This document shows positions 11,701-21,980 of a stretch of 31,188 nucleotides of DNA, in pieces. Position 1 is the stretch's first letter; the number at the start of each line of letters is the position of its first letter. Source of the stretch: Chiloscyllium plagiosum. Taxonomy: Eukaryota. The translations under genes and the position numbers were made by a program. The stretch lies in assembly GCF_004010195.1 (NCBI RefSeq), contig NC_057759.1, positions 1,052,163 to 1,083,350 on the forward strand. The letters are read 5' to 3'. A model generated the notes under the pieces. It was not told the DNA's origin. It was given only the letters and a program-made list of their open reading frames with translations, and searched no databases.

Positions 11701-11833
11701 TGTCAGTTTCAGGGTGAATCTCCCTCCTCTGGGCAAATCCTTGACCTGGGAGGCAGAGAGAGAGAAGGGGTCAATCTCTTCACTTGTAGCAACTGGAGTG
11801 AACCCAGGGAGCGAGCAGACTTTGCAAACTCAG
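11700..11833 (+). other. Putative non-coding first exon of ZNF copy B (donor CAG|GTATGT)
   Basis: Follows the promoter motifs. ACTTGTAGCAACTG..GAGTGAACCCAGGGAG..CAGA..CAG|GT is repeated with the donor conserved at 24748-24819. Start is approximate. Confidence 0.6.
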
Positions 11834-12534
11834 GTATGTGTGTTAATTACCCGGATGAGGAGAGACAGAAATTGGGAAGGGGGAGGGGGAGAGATCTTTT
11901 CTGTTTTTACTTTTCAAATGCACACGGTCCCCACAACTAAATACAACAGTGTATGCAATATCCCTCATTGCATCTCCAAGCTGGCTGCAACGGTTTTGCA
12001 TCCTCCGTTCTTCCTCCGCCTTGTTTCCACCACATTTTGCTTTCTTTCCCCATCCCCAACCCCCGCCCCGAGGCGTTGATGCTTCCAATCTGACCCTCTG
12101 AGTACAGGAGAAGTAAGGTTATGTTGAGACTGTGCAGGACATTGGTAAGATCACTGGAATATTGTGTGCAATTCTGGTCTGCCCCCCATAGGAAGAATGA
12201 AGAACAAAGAACTAAGAACATTTACATCCCAGAAACATGCCCTTCAGCCCTGCAATCCTGAGCCGATCCAAATCCACTGTCTAAACCTGTCGCCCAATTC
12301 CTAAGCATCTCTCGCTCCCCAACTACTCATGCATCTGTCCAGAAGCATCATAAATGAATCTACCATGCCTGCCTCCAGTACCTCTGCTGAGAACGCGTTC
12401 TAGGCATCTGCCACTCTCTGTGTAAAGATCTTGCTGCGTGCACCCTACTTAAACTTTTCACCTCTCACCTTGAAAGCTATCTCTATCTACCCTGTCTATA
12501 CCCTTCATGATTTTGTTGACCATGATTTTATGAT

Positions 12535-12850
12535 CGGCACGGTGGCACAGTGGTTAGCACTATTGCCTCACAGCGCCAGAGACCCGCGTTCAATTCCCGC
12601 CTCAGGTGACTGACTGTGTGGAGTTTGCACATTCTCCCCGTGTCTGCGAGGGTTTCCTCCGGGTGCTCCGGTTTCCTCCCACAGTCTAAAGATGTGTAGG
12701 TCAGGTGAATTGGCCATGCTAAATTGCCCGTAGTGTTAGGTAAGGGGTAAATGTAGGGGTATGGGTGGTTTGTGCTTCGGCGGGGTGGTGTGGACTTGTT
12801 GGGCCGAAGGGCCTGTTTCCACACTGTAAAGTAATCTAATCTAATCTAAT
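12535..12850 (+). mobile_element. Young HE1-like SINE inserted in CR1 ORF2
   Basis: A box TGGCACAGTGGTTAG, B box GTTCAATTCCC, (TAATC)n tail; nearly identical to 25059-25359 and 30851-31188. Confidence 0.95.
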
Positions 12851-15157
12851 CAATCAGGTTCCCCCCCATCTCCTTTTTTATAATGAAAACAAACCTAACC
12901 TAATCAACCTCTCTTCATAGCTAGCACCTTCCATACCAGGCAACATCCTCGTAAACCTTCTCTGCACCCTCTCCAAAGCGTCCACATCCTTTTGGTAATG
13001 TTGCGACCAGTACTCTGCACAGCATTCTAAATGCAGCCGAACCAACGTCGTGTACAGTTTTGACATGACCTGCCAGCTCTTAAGCTCAATACCCTGTCCG
13101 ATGAAGGCAAGCATACCATATGCCTTCTTGACCACTCTACCGACCTGTGCAGCAACATTCAGGGTACAATGGACCTGAACTCCCAGATCTCTCTGTTCAT
13201 CAACGTTTCCCAAGGCTCTTCCAATTACTATATAATTTGCTCTAGAATTAGACTTCCCAAAATGCATCACCTCACATTTAACTGGATTGAACTCCATCTG
13301 CCACTTCTCCACCCAACTCTCTAGTCTATCTATATTCTCCTGTATTCTTTGACAGTCCCCTATGCTTTCTGCTACTCCATCAATCTTCGTTTTATCTGCA
13401 AACTTGCTGATCATACCAACAGTGCCCACTTCCAGATCATTTATGTATCACAAACAACAGTGGCCCCAGCACTGATCCCTCTGGAACACCACTGGTCACC
13501 TTTCTCCATTTTGAGAAACTCCCTTCAACTACTACTCTGTCTCCTGTTGCTCAACCAGTTCTTTATCCACCTAGCAAGAACACCCTGCACGCTATGTGAC
13601 TTCACTTTCTCTATTCGTTCATCAAACGCCTTACTAAAGTCCATGTATATGACATCTACAGCCCTTCCTTCATTTATCAACTTGGTCACTCCCTCAAAGA
13701 ACTCTATTATGTTCGTAAGGCACGATCTCCCCCTTTCAAAACCATGTTGGCTATCACTGATAAGCCCACTTTTTTCCAAATATAAATAGATTTTATCCCT
13801 CAGTAGCTTCTCCAGCAACTTTCCCACCATTGACGTCAGGGTCATTGGTCTGTAGTTACCCGGAATATCCCTTCTTGTACAGGGGACAATATGAGCAACC
13901 CTCCAGTCCTCCGGCACCTCACTTGTGTTTAAGGATGCTACAAAGATAGCTGTCAGGGCCCCAGCTAGTTCCTCTCTCGCCTCCCTCAGCACCCTGGGAT
14001 AGATCCAATCCGATCCTGGGGATTTGTCCACCTTAATAACCTCTAGCATACCCAACAGATCTTCCTTATTTATGTCAGTGTCATCCAGAGTTACCAAACT
14101 TCTGTCTCTAATCTCAACATTCATCATGTCCCCCTCATTAGTGAACACTGATGCAAAGTAATCATTCAGAATCTCACCCATTCTCTCAGGTTCGACACAC
14201 AGCCTTCCTTCATGATCCTTTAGTGGACCAATCCTTTCCCTAGTTACCGCTTGCTTCTTATATAAGAATCAAAGGCTTTGGGATTCTGCTCATTTCTGCT
14301 CACTATAGCTATTTCATGACCCCTTTTATCCCACTCGATTCCTCTTTTAAGAATGGTCCGAGTCTCCCAATATTCCTCCAGGGCCCGTTCTGTTCTTAGC
14401 TGCCTGGACTTTATATACACTTCCCTTTTCATCTTGGCTAGTCATACGATTTCTCCTGTCATCCACAGTTCACGAATCTTGCCTTTCCTATCCTTTGCTT
14501 TCAATGGAACATGCCTATCCTGCACTATCTTTAACCTATCTTTGAAAGCCTTCCACATATCAACTATGGCCTTCTATTCAAATAGCTGTTTCCAATCCCC
14601 CTTTCCCAGCTCCTGCCTAATTTTGATATAATTGGCCTTGTCCAGTTTAGTAATCTTCCCTTAGGACCCTCTCATCTTTGTTTACAAGTATTCTAAAACT
14701 TGCAGAATTGTGGTCACTATTCCAAAAGAAACCCCACACAACGCAACTTCTCCTACTTGGCCTGGCTCATTCCCCAACACCAGATCCAATATGGCCCCTT
14801 CCCTCGTCGGACTGTTGACAATTTGCTCTAGAAAACTCTCCTGGATGCTTCTTACAAATTCTGCCCCAACCAGTCTACTGACACAAAGTGTATCCCAGTC
14901 AATGTTGGGAAAAATTAAATCTCCCATCACCACCAACGTGTTGCCTTTACATCTTTCCATAATCTGTTTACCTATTTGTTCTTCTACCTCACGCTAACAG
15001 TTGGGAGGCCTGTAAAACAGCCCCAACAATGTAACTGCACCCTTCTTATTTCTCAGCTCCACCCATAATGCCTCACTACTTAAGCCCTCCATAGTGTCCT
15101 CCTCCTTTAGCACAGTGATATCATCCCTGACTGGCAATGCAACTCCTCCCCCGCCCG

Positions 15158-15158
<1 letters not shown>

Positions 15159-15193
<35 letters not shown>
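15159..15193. repeat. (CA)17 microsatellite
   Basis: Perfect CA run inside the CR1 endonuclease region, next to the GGG motif. Confidence 0.98.
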
Positions 15194-15195
<2 letters not shown>

Positions 15196-15505
15196 CTTTT
15201 ACTTCCCTCCCTGTCCTGAAGCATCTATATCCTGGAACATGTAGTTGCCAATCATGCCCTTCCCTCAAACAAGTTTTTGTGATTGCAATAACACCATACT
15301 CCCAGGCACCAATCCAAACCCGAAGTTCATCTGCCTTACCCACTACACTCCTTGCATTGAAGTATGTGCACTTCAGGCTACCAGTTCTTCTGCGTTCATC
15401 TGCTCTCTGCCTACTCTTCCCATTATTAATGCTATCTTCATGATTCTTACAGTTTCCAGTTTCCACCTCGCTGTCTTCTCTTCTGGTTCCCTGCCCCCTG
15501 CTACA

Positions 15506-16396
15506 TTAGTTTAAAACCTCCCCAACAGCAGTAGCAAAATCTCCCCCAAGGACATTAGTTCCAGTCTGGTTCAGATGTTGACCGTCCAACCTTCACCAGA
15601 ACCGGTCCCCAATGTCCAACAAATCTAAACCCCTCCCTCATACACCATCCCTCAAGCCACGTATTCATCTGCCTATTCTTTCATTTTCTACGTTGGCTAA
15701 CAGTGACACTGGTAGTAATTCCGAGATCACTACTTTTGTGGTCCTCCTTTTTAACTTGACTCTTAGCTCCCTGAATTCTGCTTTCAGGACCTCATCTCGT
15801 TTTTTACTTATATTGTTGGTACCTGTATGCACCAAAATAACTGGCTGTTCACCCTCCCCTTTTAGAATGCTCTGCAACCCATCGGTGACATCCCTGACCC
15901 GAGCACCTGGGAGACAACATACCATCCAGGAGTCCCATTTTCGGCCACAGAACCGCCTATCTACTCCCCTTACAATTGCATCCCCTTACGAGTCTTTTTC
16001 CCTCCACGTGCCATGATCTTGGCAACTGCTGCCCTCCCCTGGTGAGTCATCTCCCTCAACAGTAACCAAGATGGCATACCTGTCTTGGAGGGAGATGACC
16101 GCAGGATACACATGCACTGCCTTCCTACTCTTTTTCTGCCTTTTGGTCACCCATTCACTGTCTCCCTCAGCAACTCTAACCTGCTGTGTAACCAGTTCAC
16201 TGAACATGCTATCCACGACCTCCTCAGCATCGTGCATGCTCCACATTGAGTCCATCCGCAGCTCCAGAGCCATCATGCGGTCAAACAAGAGCTGCAGCTG
16301 AACACATTTCTTGCAAGAGTCAAGAACGTCAGCCATTTGCCTGGGCTCCCATTTCAAGCAAGAGGCACATGCCACAGGTCTGAGGTTCCCTGTCAT
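15506..16396 (-). pseudogene. CR1 ORF1 (CxxC zinc finger/coiled coil + SGNH esterase remnant), disrupted
   Basis: MTGNLRPVACASCLKWE...CKKCVQLQLL..LELR and VCCLPGARVRDV...VILVHTGTNNI...VVISELLPV. Confidence 0.88.
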
Positions 16397-16578
16397 TGTA
16401 AGCCTTAGCTTTAAATCAACTAACTAAAACCAAACAATGCACTTCAATATAGGAAAGAAAAGAAAGAGAAAATAAAAGCTGTAACTTAGAGTCTTTTTCT
16501 TCTGGTTAGCGGAGGAGGGGTGGTGCGGAAGGGAGATGTAGTATCTCGGGTTTAGCTGCTTCCCAAAATACATACTAA

Positions 16579-16756
16579 GTCCTTACCTTCCCGGCACCCT
16601 CCTGGTCTCCACGTCACCTTCGCTCTGTCTCCTCTGCTCCCGAACAGGAAAAAGGCTGCAGGCTCCAAAAGCAAAAATTTAAAGTGTCCTTACATTCCCT
16701 GCACATCCCTGGTCTCACGTCACCTTCGCTCTGTCTCCCATTGCTCCCGGACAGGA
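16579..16756 (-). repeat. Two ~71-bp direct repeats (period ~107 bp) in the CR1 5' UTR
   Basis: GTCCTTAC..CCTGGTCTC(C)ACGTCACCTTCGCTCTGTCTCC..TGCTCCCG.ACAGGA at 16579-16649 and 16686-16756. Confidence 0.85.
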
Positions 16757-16865
16757 TATCAAAAAAAGATAGACAAGGAAGTCTCCATGATTTGAGAATT
16801 TGGTGGTGAATCTGCTGAGGCTGTTTTCCCTAGTGACTGGAGGCTGAGGAGTGACACGAGAGACA

Positions 16866-17312
16866 TTTAGAGTCATAGAGATGTACAGCATGTAAACAGA
16901 CCCTTCGGTCCAACTAGTCCATGCTGAACAGTTATCCCAACCTAATCTAGTCCCATTTGCCAGCACTTGGCCCCAAATCCCTCTAAACATTTCCAATTCA
17001 TATACCCATCCATTGTTGCAATTTTACCAGCCTCCAGCACTTCTTCTGGCAGCTCATTCGATACATTCATCACTCTCTGTGTGAGCATGTTGACCCTTAG
17101 GTCCCTTTTATATCATTCCCCACTCACCATAAATCTATGCTCTCTAGTTCTGAACACCCACACCTCAGAGAAAAAAACTTTGCCTACTTATCCTATCCAT
17201 GCCCCTCATGATTTTATAAACGCCTATGAGGTCACCCCTCAGCCTTCAACTTTCCAGGGAAAATAGCCCCAGCTTTTCAGCCTCTCCCTGTAGCTCAAAT
17301 CCTCCATCCTGG
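16866..17312 (-). mobile_element. CR1/HER1-like 3' fragment
   Basis: Reverse complement of 2405-2873 (AGTCATAGAGATGTACAGCATG tail). Confidence 0.92.
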
Positions 17313-18100
17313 TGGTGGAGTCCAGAAGTAGAGGGTAATAGGTTTAGGGTGATGGCGGGGGTGGAGTTTTCAAAGTGACCTCAGGGGCAACATTTTCATT
17401 CAGAGGGTGGTCTATGTGAAGAATCAGCTGCCAGAGGAAGTGGTGGATGCTGGTACAATTATGACATTTAAAAGGCATCTGGATAGGTATATAAAAAGGA
17501 ATGGTTTAGAGGGATATGGGCCAATGGGACTAGATTAGATTAGGATATCTCTACGACTTTGGCTTGCCACTAACGTTTGGCACGTTTGTATGTTCAGTTT
17601 CTCTCTAGTGTCAGTGTCAATGCATTGATGTCTTATTCACTCACTCCAATCCCATTCCCGGGGATGTTAACTATTTCGTGTACAGTTGTTTCTCAAGAAT
17701 CTGCATTGCAGATTCATCCTGAATTTGCACACTTTTTTTGCCTCCCAAAATCAGGCCCGCTCAATCTCAGCAGTATCCCATTGTTGTGAAAGATATTGAC
17801 TTTTCAGGTGGAGTTATCTAAAATTCAAAGAGATACCAGTCTTGACGTTTTTGCTTTTCTGCCCCTGTTAGATCCTGAATTAGCACCTTCAGGAGAATTA
17901 TTTAGAGTGGAGTGAGAACAGAGCGGGAGAAAGAGCGCATGGAATGGTGCTTTCAATGTTTCAGAATAACAAAAGAAAAGAGTGTTCCACAGAAATTGGA
18001 ATTGCTTTTTCTGAATTTCTACTTTGAACTGATAGTGATGAGTTTTGTAGTCTCTTCTTGAAGTATTTGAAGATCTAAAGGTGGATGTTTCAAAATGAAC

Positions 18101-18218
18101 AGATGAAAGACTTATGCCTGACTCCCCTCTTCTGTGGATGCTGCCTGAACTGCTGTGCTTTTCCAGCAACGCACTTTTCGACTCTGACTCTCCAGCGTCT
18201 GCAGTTCTCACTTTTACT
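18101..18218 (+). mobile_element. Penelope-like terminal repeat fragment in the inferred 5' UTR of ZNF copy B
   Basis: GATGAAAGACTTATGCCTGACTC...GATGCTGCCTGAACTGCTGTGCTTTTCCAGCA...TCTGCAGTTCTCACTTT matches 21162-21287 and the reverse complement of 24938-25058. It lies just after a candidate acceptor TCTCTTCTTGAAG| at 18063. Confidence 0.8.
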
Positions 18219-18462
18219 TCAATGTCTGCAAGTTACTCCAATCCATTGGGACCGCAACGATTTTAGACTATGATCCTGTGAGATGGAGCAAAGTATTGTG
18301 GTTCCTGTTTCAGTATGTTTTCAGCATCAGTGGGACTGGGTGAGAGAGCCCAGTGTTGCAGTGCACTGAGTGTGGAACCTGAAACATTAATACAGCCTGG
18401 AAAGAGGAGTTCATGGTGGCAAGGGGCTCTACATGCGTTTGTGTACAGCTGAAGCTTCAGCC

Positions 18463-19574
18463 ATGGAGGAACCTGAGGAATCCCGGCCCATGCGGAAACC
18501 ATGGAAGTGTGGCGACTACGGAAAAGGCTTTCGTGTACCGTCTGCACTGGAAAGTCATCGACGCAGTCACACTGGGGAGAGACTGTTTTCCTGCCCTGAG
18601 TGTGGGAAGGGCTTTACACATGCGTCTACCCTCTGGGCCCACCGACGGGTCCACAGCGGAGAAAGGCCATTCTCCTGCCCTGAGTGTGGGAAGGGATTTA
18701 CCCACTCCTCCCAGCTGCTGCCCCACTGGCGGGCCCACTCCAGGGAGAAGCCCTGTAGCTGCCCCGAATGTGGGAAGGCCTTCACCGATTCCTCCGCCCT
18801 GCTGAAGCATTAGCGGGTCCACACCGGGGAGAGGCCATTCTTCTGCCCCAGGTGCAGGATGGACTTTACCGCTACTCCAACCTGATGAGGCACCCGGAGC
18901 TCCACACCAGGGGGAGGCTGTTCTCCTGCCCAGAGTGTGGCAAGACCTTTAACCGCTCCTCCAGCCTGCTGGCCCACCAGTCAGTCCACTCCAGGGAGAA
19001 GCCCTTCAGCAGTCCCGAATACGGGAATATCTTCAACAATTCCTCGGTCCTGCTGGCACACAAGTGGGTCCACACAGGGGAGAGGCCATTCACCTGCTCC
19101 ATGTGTGGGAAGGGATTCAGTCAGCTGGGCAACCTGCAGAGGCACCAGTGGGTCCACACAGGGGAGAGACCATTCGTATGCTCTCAGTGTGGGAAGGGAT
19201 TCCTTGATTCTTCCACTCTGAAGACCCACCAGCAGGTCCTTACTGGAGAAAGGCCATTCACCTGCTCCGTGTGTGGGAAAGGATTCAGTCAGGTGGGCAA
19301 TCTGCGGACGCACCAGCGGGTCCACACCGAGGCAAGGCCATTCACTGCCCAAATGCAGAAAGGGATTCATCGATTGCTGACCTACCAGCGGGTCCACACC
19401 GAGGAGAGACCATGCAGCTGCCCGAGTGCGGGAAGGGATTCATTGATTCTTCCGGCCTGTGGATGTACCAATAGGTGCACACCAGGGACAGCTCGCTCAC
19501 CTGCTCTGGCCTTTATCAACACCTCCCACCTACGGAGGCACAAGTGAGTTAATGTGCCATTGCAGGGGGATTGA
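18463..19574 (+). pseudogene. KRAB-less C2H2 zinc-finger array gene (copy B, ~13 finger units), disrupted
   Basis: Kozak GCCATGG at 18463, MEEPEESRPMRKPWKC leader and repeated CxxC-GKGF-...-HxxxH-TGERPF units. Lesions: in-frame TAG 18811-18813 inside finger 4, a frameshift at ~18870, and further frameshifts and stops after ~19345. Several fingers lack a Cys or His. Inferred ancestral stop is TGA 19572-19574. Confidence 0.93.
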
Positions 19575-19619
19575 AGGAGCTACGGCCTCATGCCATTATC
19601 GGCTGGACAATCGACCCAG

Positions 19620-19880
19620 CTCTAGGGACTTCCAGGTTTGAATCCCGCAGCGGAGGATGGCAGAATTGGGATTCGGTCACAAATCTGCAGTTCAGAATCT
19701 AATGATGAAAACAATTTTGGGGAAGAAAAAAGGTCTAATTCACTCTTGCCCTTTTTAGGGAAGGAAACTGCCATTGCAGAATGGATTCACTCAGTCATCC
19801 CAGTTGTATACTTTACCCAGTCTGGCCTACATGTCACTCCAGACCCACTGCAGTGTGGTTGACTCTTGACTGCACCCTGC
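19620..19880 (+). mobile_element. Deu-domain SINE (SacSINE1-like) fragment
   Basis: TTTAGGGAAGGAAACTGCC and CAGTCTGGCCTACATGTCACTCCAGACCCACTGCAGTGTGGTTGACTCTT are the conserved DeuSINE central domain; B-box-like GGTTTGAATCCC upstream. Confidence 0.8.
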
Positions 19881-20666
19881 CTTCCCGCCACCCCAAGAAA
19901 ATGAGGGAGGGGAGAAACTTACTTGGATACAATGTATAGGTTGCAATTGCTGAGCTGACCAATAGTAAAGGAAGTGGGGTGGGGAGTATGTGCACTTTGA
20001 CCTTGAGCTGTTAAAAAAGTAAAGCTACTTTTTGTACACCTTTTTGCTGGGGAGATCTGAAGCAGTAACAAAGTTGGGTCACAATAAAAGTTACCTAAAC
20101 TTTCCGTGGTACTCAGACATTGAAATCTCTGAGATCTAACAGGTATTTCTTTTAAAGTTTCCAATGTCATATGTCAGAAGGAGCAACGAATGGGTAGTTA
20201 ATATAGTTAGAAATTGTAAATTTTTCAGGAGTGCACATACTGCATCATTTCATCAGCATTGTAAAGTTTCCTGGCAGCACCAGGCAGTGTGGGCTGTGTT
20301 CACTAGAAATGATATTGAAGATCTCGTGTTGGACTGGGATGGATAAAGTTAAAAATCACACAATGCCAGGTTATAGTCCAATAGGTTTACTTGGGAGCAC
20401 TACCTTTTGGATTGTTGCTCCTTCATCGGGTAGCTGTGGAGAAGGATCATAAGACACAGAATTTATAGCAAAAGTATATAGTTTCATGCAACTGAACTGA
20501 TATATTGAACAAACCTAGATTGCTGTTAATTCTTTCATCTTTTAGAATGGAGTGCAGATTTCAGTTCATTAATATGTAATTCCCAGAACTTCCTTCAAGT
20601 CACATTCTCAACATAACTTAAGGTTTTTTTAAAAAAGCGACAAGTGACAATGCTTTGAAGGTTTGA

Positions 20667-21287
20667 CAGTGTGATGCTGGAAAAGCATAGCAGGTCAGGC
20701 AGCATCCAAGGAGCAAGAAAATTGACGTTTTAGGCTGGCACCCTTCATCCAGAATGAGGCTGGGAGCCTCAGGGATGGAGAGATAAATTGGAGAGGATGG
20801 GGCTGGGAGAAGATAGCTGAGAGGACAGGTAGTGCTGGGCTTCCTCCATCACCACTACCTCACCACCCGACGCCTGGAGGAAGAATTCATTATCTTCCTC
20901 CTCAGAACCCTTCAACCCCAGGGCATCAATGTGGACTTCACCAGTTTCCTCATTTCCCACATCAGCCCAGTTCCAACCTTCCAGCTCAGTACCATCGTCA
21001 TGACCTGTCAACCTTCCTTCCCACCTGTCCGCTCCACTCCTCTCTGACATATCACCTTTAGCCCCCCCACCTCTATCCATCTATTGCACTCTCAGCCACC
21101 TTCTCCCCAGCTCCACCTCCTCCCATTTATCTCCACACACCCTAGGATCCCAGCCTCATTCCTGATGAAGGGCTTTTGCCCGAAACATCAAATTTCCTGC
21201 TCCTTGGATATTGCCTGACCTGCTGTGCTTTTCCAGCAACACACTTTCAACTCTGATCTCCAGCATCTGCAGACCTCATTGTCTCCT
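20667..21287 (+). mobile_element. 5'-truncated Penelope-like element with inverted terminal arms and GIY-YIG endonuclease C-terminus
   Basis: 20667-20823 is the reverse complement of 21089-21245. The centre encodes RRLEEEFIIFLLRTLQPQGINVDF (E..I..L.TL.P.G.N motif). Degenerate ~18-bp duplication at 20649-20666 and 21288-21305. Confidence 0.85.
21162..21189 (+). ncRNA. Minimal hammerhead ribozyme motif (probably decayed)
   Basis: CTGATGA-A-GGGC-TTTT-GCCC-GAAAC-ATC: both conserved core boxes flank a perfect 4-bp stem II. The stem III palindrome ACGT seen in sister copies is ACAT here, and stem I is weak. Confidence 0.6.
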
Positions 21288-21689
21288 AATGCGTTAAAGT
21301 TGTCAGGTTTGAGTATATCTGTATCCCAATCTTGAATCAGACTGGTTCTACTTCCACTGTCGAAATACATAAAATATTACATAGATTGACTGCCTGCAGA
21401 TGTTGCGCTTTGTGAGCAAAATAGAATGTATCTGCAAATACAACTCTAAATGCAAATTCACCACATCGAATTATATGTGTGTGTGCTTGCATGAGTGAGT
21501 GTATATTTGCGTCTGTGCATGCTTGGTAAGGTGTGTGCGTGTTGGAGTATAAGACTGTGTGAGGGTGTGGGTGTGAGTATGTGTATGTGTGTTTGAGAGA
21601 GAGCATGTGTATGAACGAAGTCTGCATATGGATATGTGCTTGTGCGTGTGTGATTGTGAGTGAGTGTAAAGTGTACTGAGGTCACCTGT

Positions 21690-21980
21690 GATTCCCTGCA
21701 GCGTGGAGCCCTTCAGTGCAACAAGTCCACACTGACCCTCCAAAGAGTAACCCACCCAGACTAATTTCCAGCATTTACCCATGACTAATGCACCCAGCAC
21801 TAAGGGCATTTTAGCATGGTCAATTCACCTGACCTACACATCTTTTGAAATATGGGAGGAAACTGCAGCACCTGGTGGAAACCCATGCTGACATGGGGAG
21901 AACGTGCAGACTTCACACAGTCGGCCGAGGCTGGAATCGAACCCGGGTCGCTGGTGCTAACCACTGAGCCACCGTGCCCC
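21690..21980 (-). mobile_element. HE1-like SINE
   Basis: rc head CCACTGAGCCACCGTGCCCC, B box GGAATCGAACCC, GGGGAGAACGTGCAGACT core. Confidence 0.9.

Larger units (their letters stand above)
12302..15376 (-). pseudogene. CR1 ORF2 (APE endonuclease + reverse transcriptase), disrupted
   Basis: LKCTYFNARS, IAITKT, FYRPPN, VMGD..FP.IDW, PTREGAILDLVL, KSPGSD, NYRP, QHGF..GRSCLTN, YMDFSKAFD. The catalytic FADD is changed to FADK. Confidence 0.92.
12200..16760 (-). mobile_element. Near full-length CR1 LINE (5' UTR, ORF1, ORF2, 3' UTR, AAGAAC-type tail), inactivated
   Basis: Continuous ORF1 and ORF2 remnants on the minus strand with many stops, frameshifts and deletions; lies in the inferred intron of ZNF copy B. 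Confidence 0.95.
12099..17550 (+). mobile_element. Old plus-strand CR1 3' fragment split into three pieces (12099-12199, ~16762-16860, 17313-17550)
   Basis: Pieces are colinear with 2263-2810: EYCVQFWS..RK, then LFSL..RLRGD, then ESRxRG to the 3' UTR. Two minus-strand CR1s sit in the gaps. Confidence 0.7.
20330..21690 (-). mobile_element. Penelope-like element terminal region (outer element), split by an insertion; includes a TG-rich tract at ~21475-21665
   Basis: GTTAAAAATCACAC..CCAGGTTATAGTCCAA end with a decayed hammerhead-like motif (rc CCGATGAAGGAGCAACAATCCAAAAG at ~20404-20429); the sequence resumes after 21287. Confidence 0.6.

Noticed and set aside
11633..12079. 148-aa ORF over the promoter as a possible effector-domain exon
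   Set aside because: Non-ATG start, runs through the splice donor into intron-like sequence, and has no recognisable domain.
12535..12610. tRNA gene (A and B boxes present; also at 5166, 22691 and in minus-strand copies)
   Set aside because: These are tRNA-derived SINE heads that continue into the SINE body and LINE-like tail; no complete cloverleaf is evident.
13349..13789. Plus-strand ORFs antisense to CR1 ORF2 (also 14710-14997, 15612-16016, 29530-29778)
   Set aside because: Shadow frames of LINE coding sequence with no independent evidence.
16866..17550. Head-to-head CR1 pair as a twin-priming inversion or palindrome
   Set aside because: The plus-strand part continues the older CR1 pieces at 12099-12199 and 16762-16860, so nesting explains it better.
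18768..19547. 259-aa ORF as an independent functional ZNF gene
   Set aside because: Its N-terminus is out-of-frame finger sequence upstream of a frameshift and its C-terminus drifts out of frame; it is part of the disrupted copy B.
21337..21809. His/Thr-rich minus-strand ORFs
   Set aside because: Translation of a degenerate (TG)n tract.
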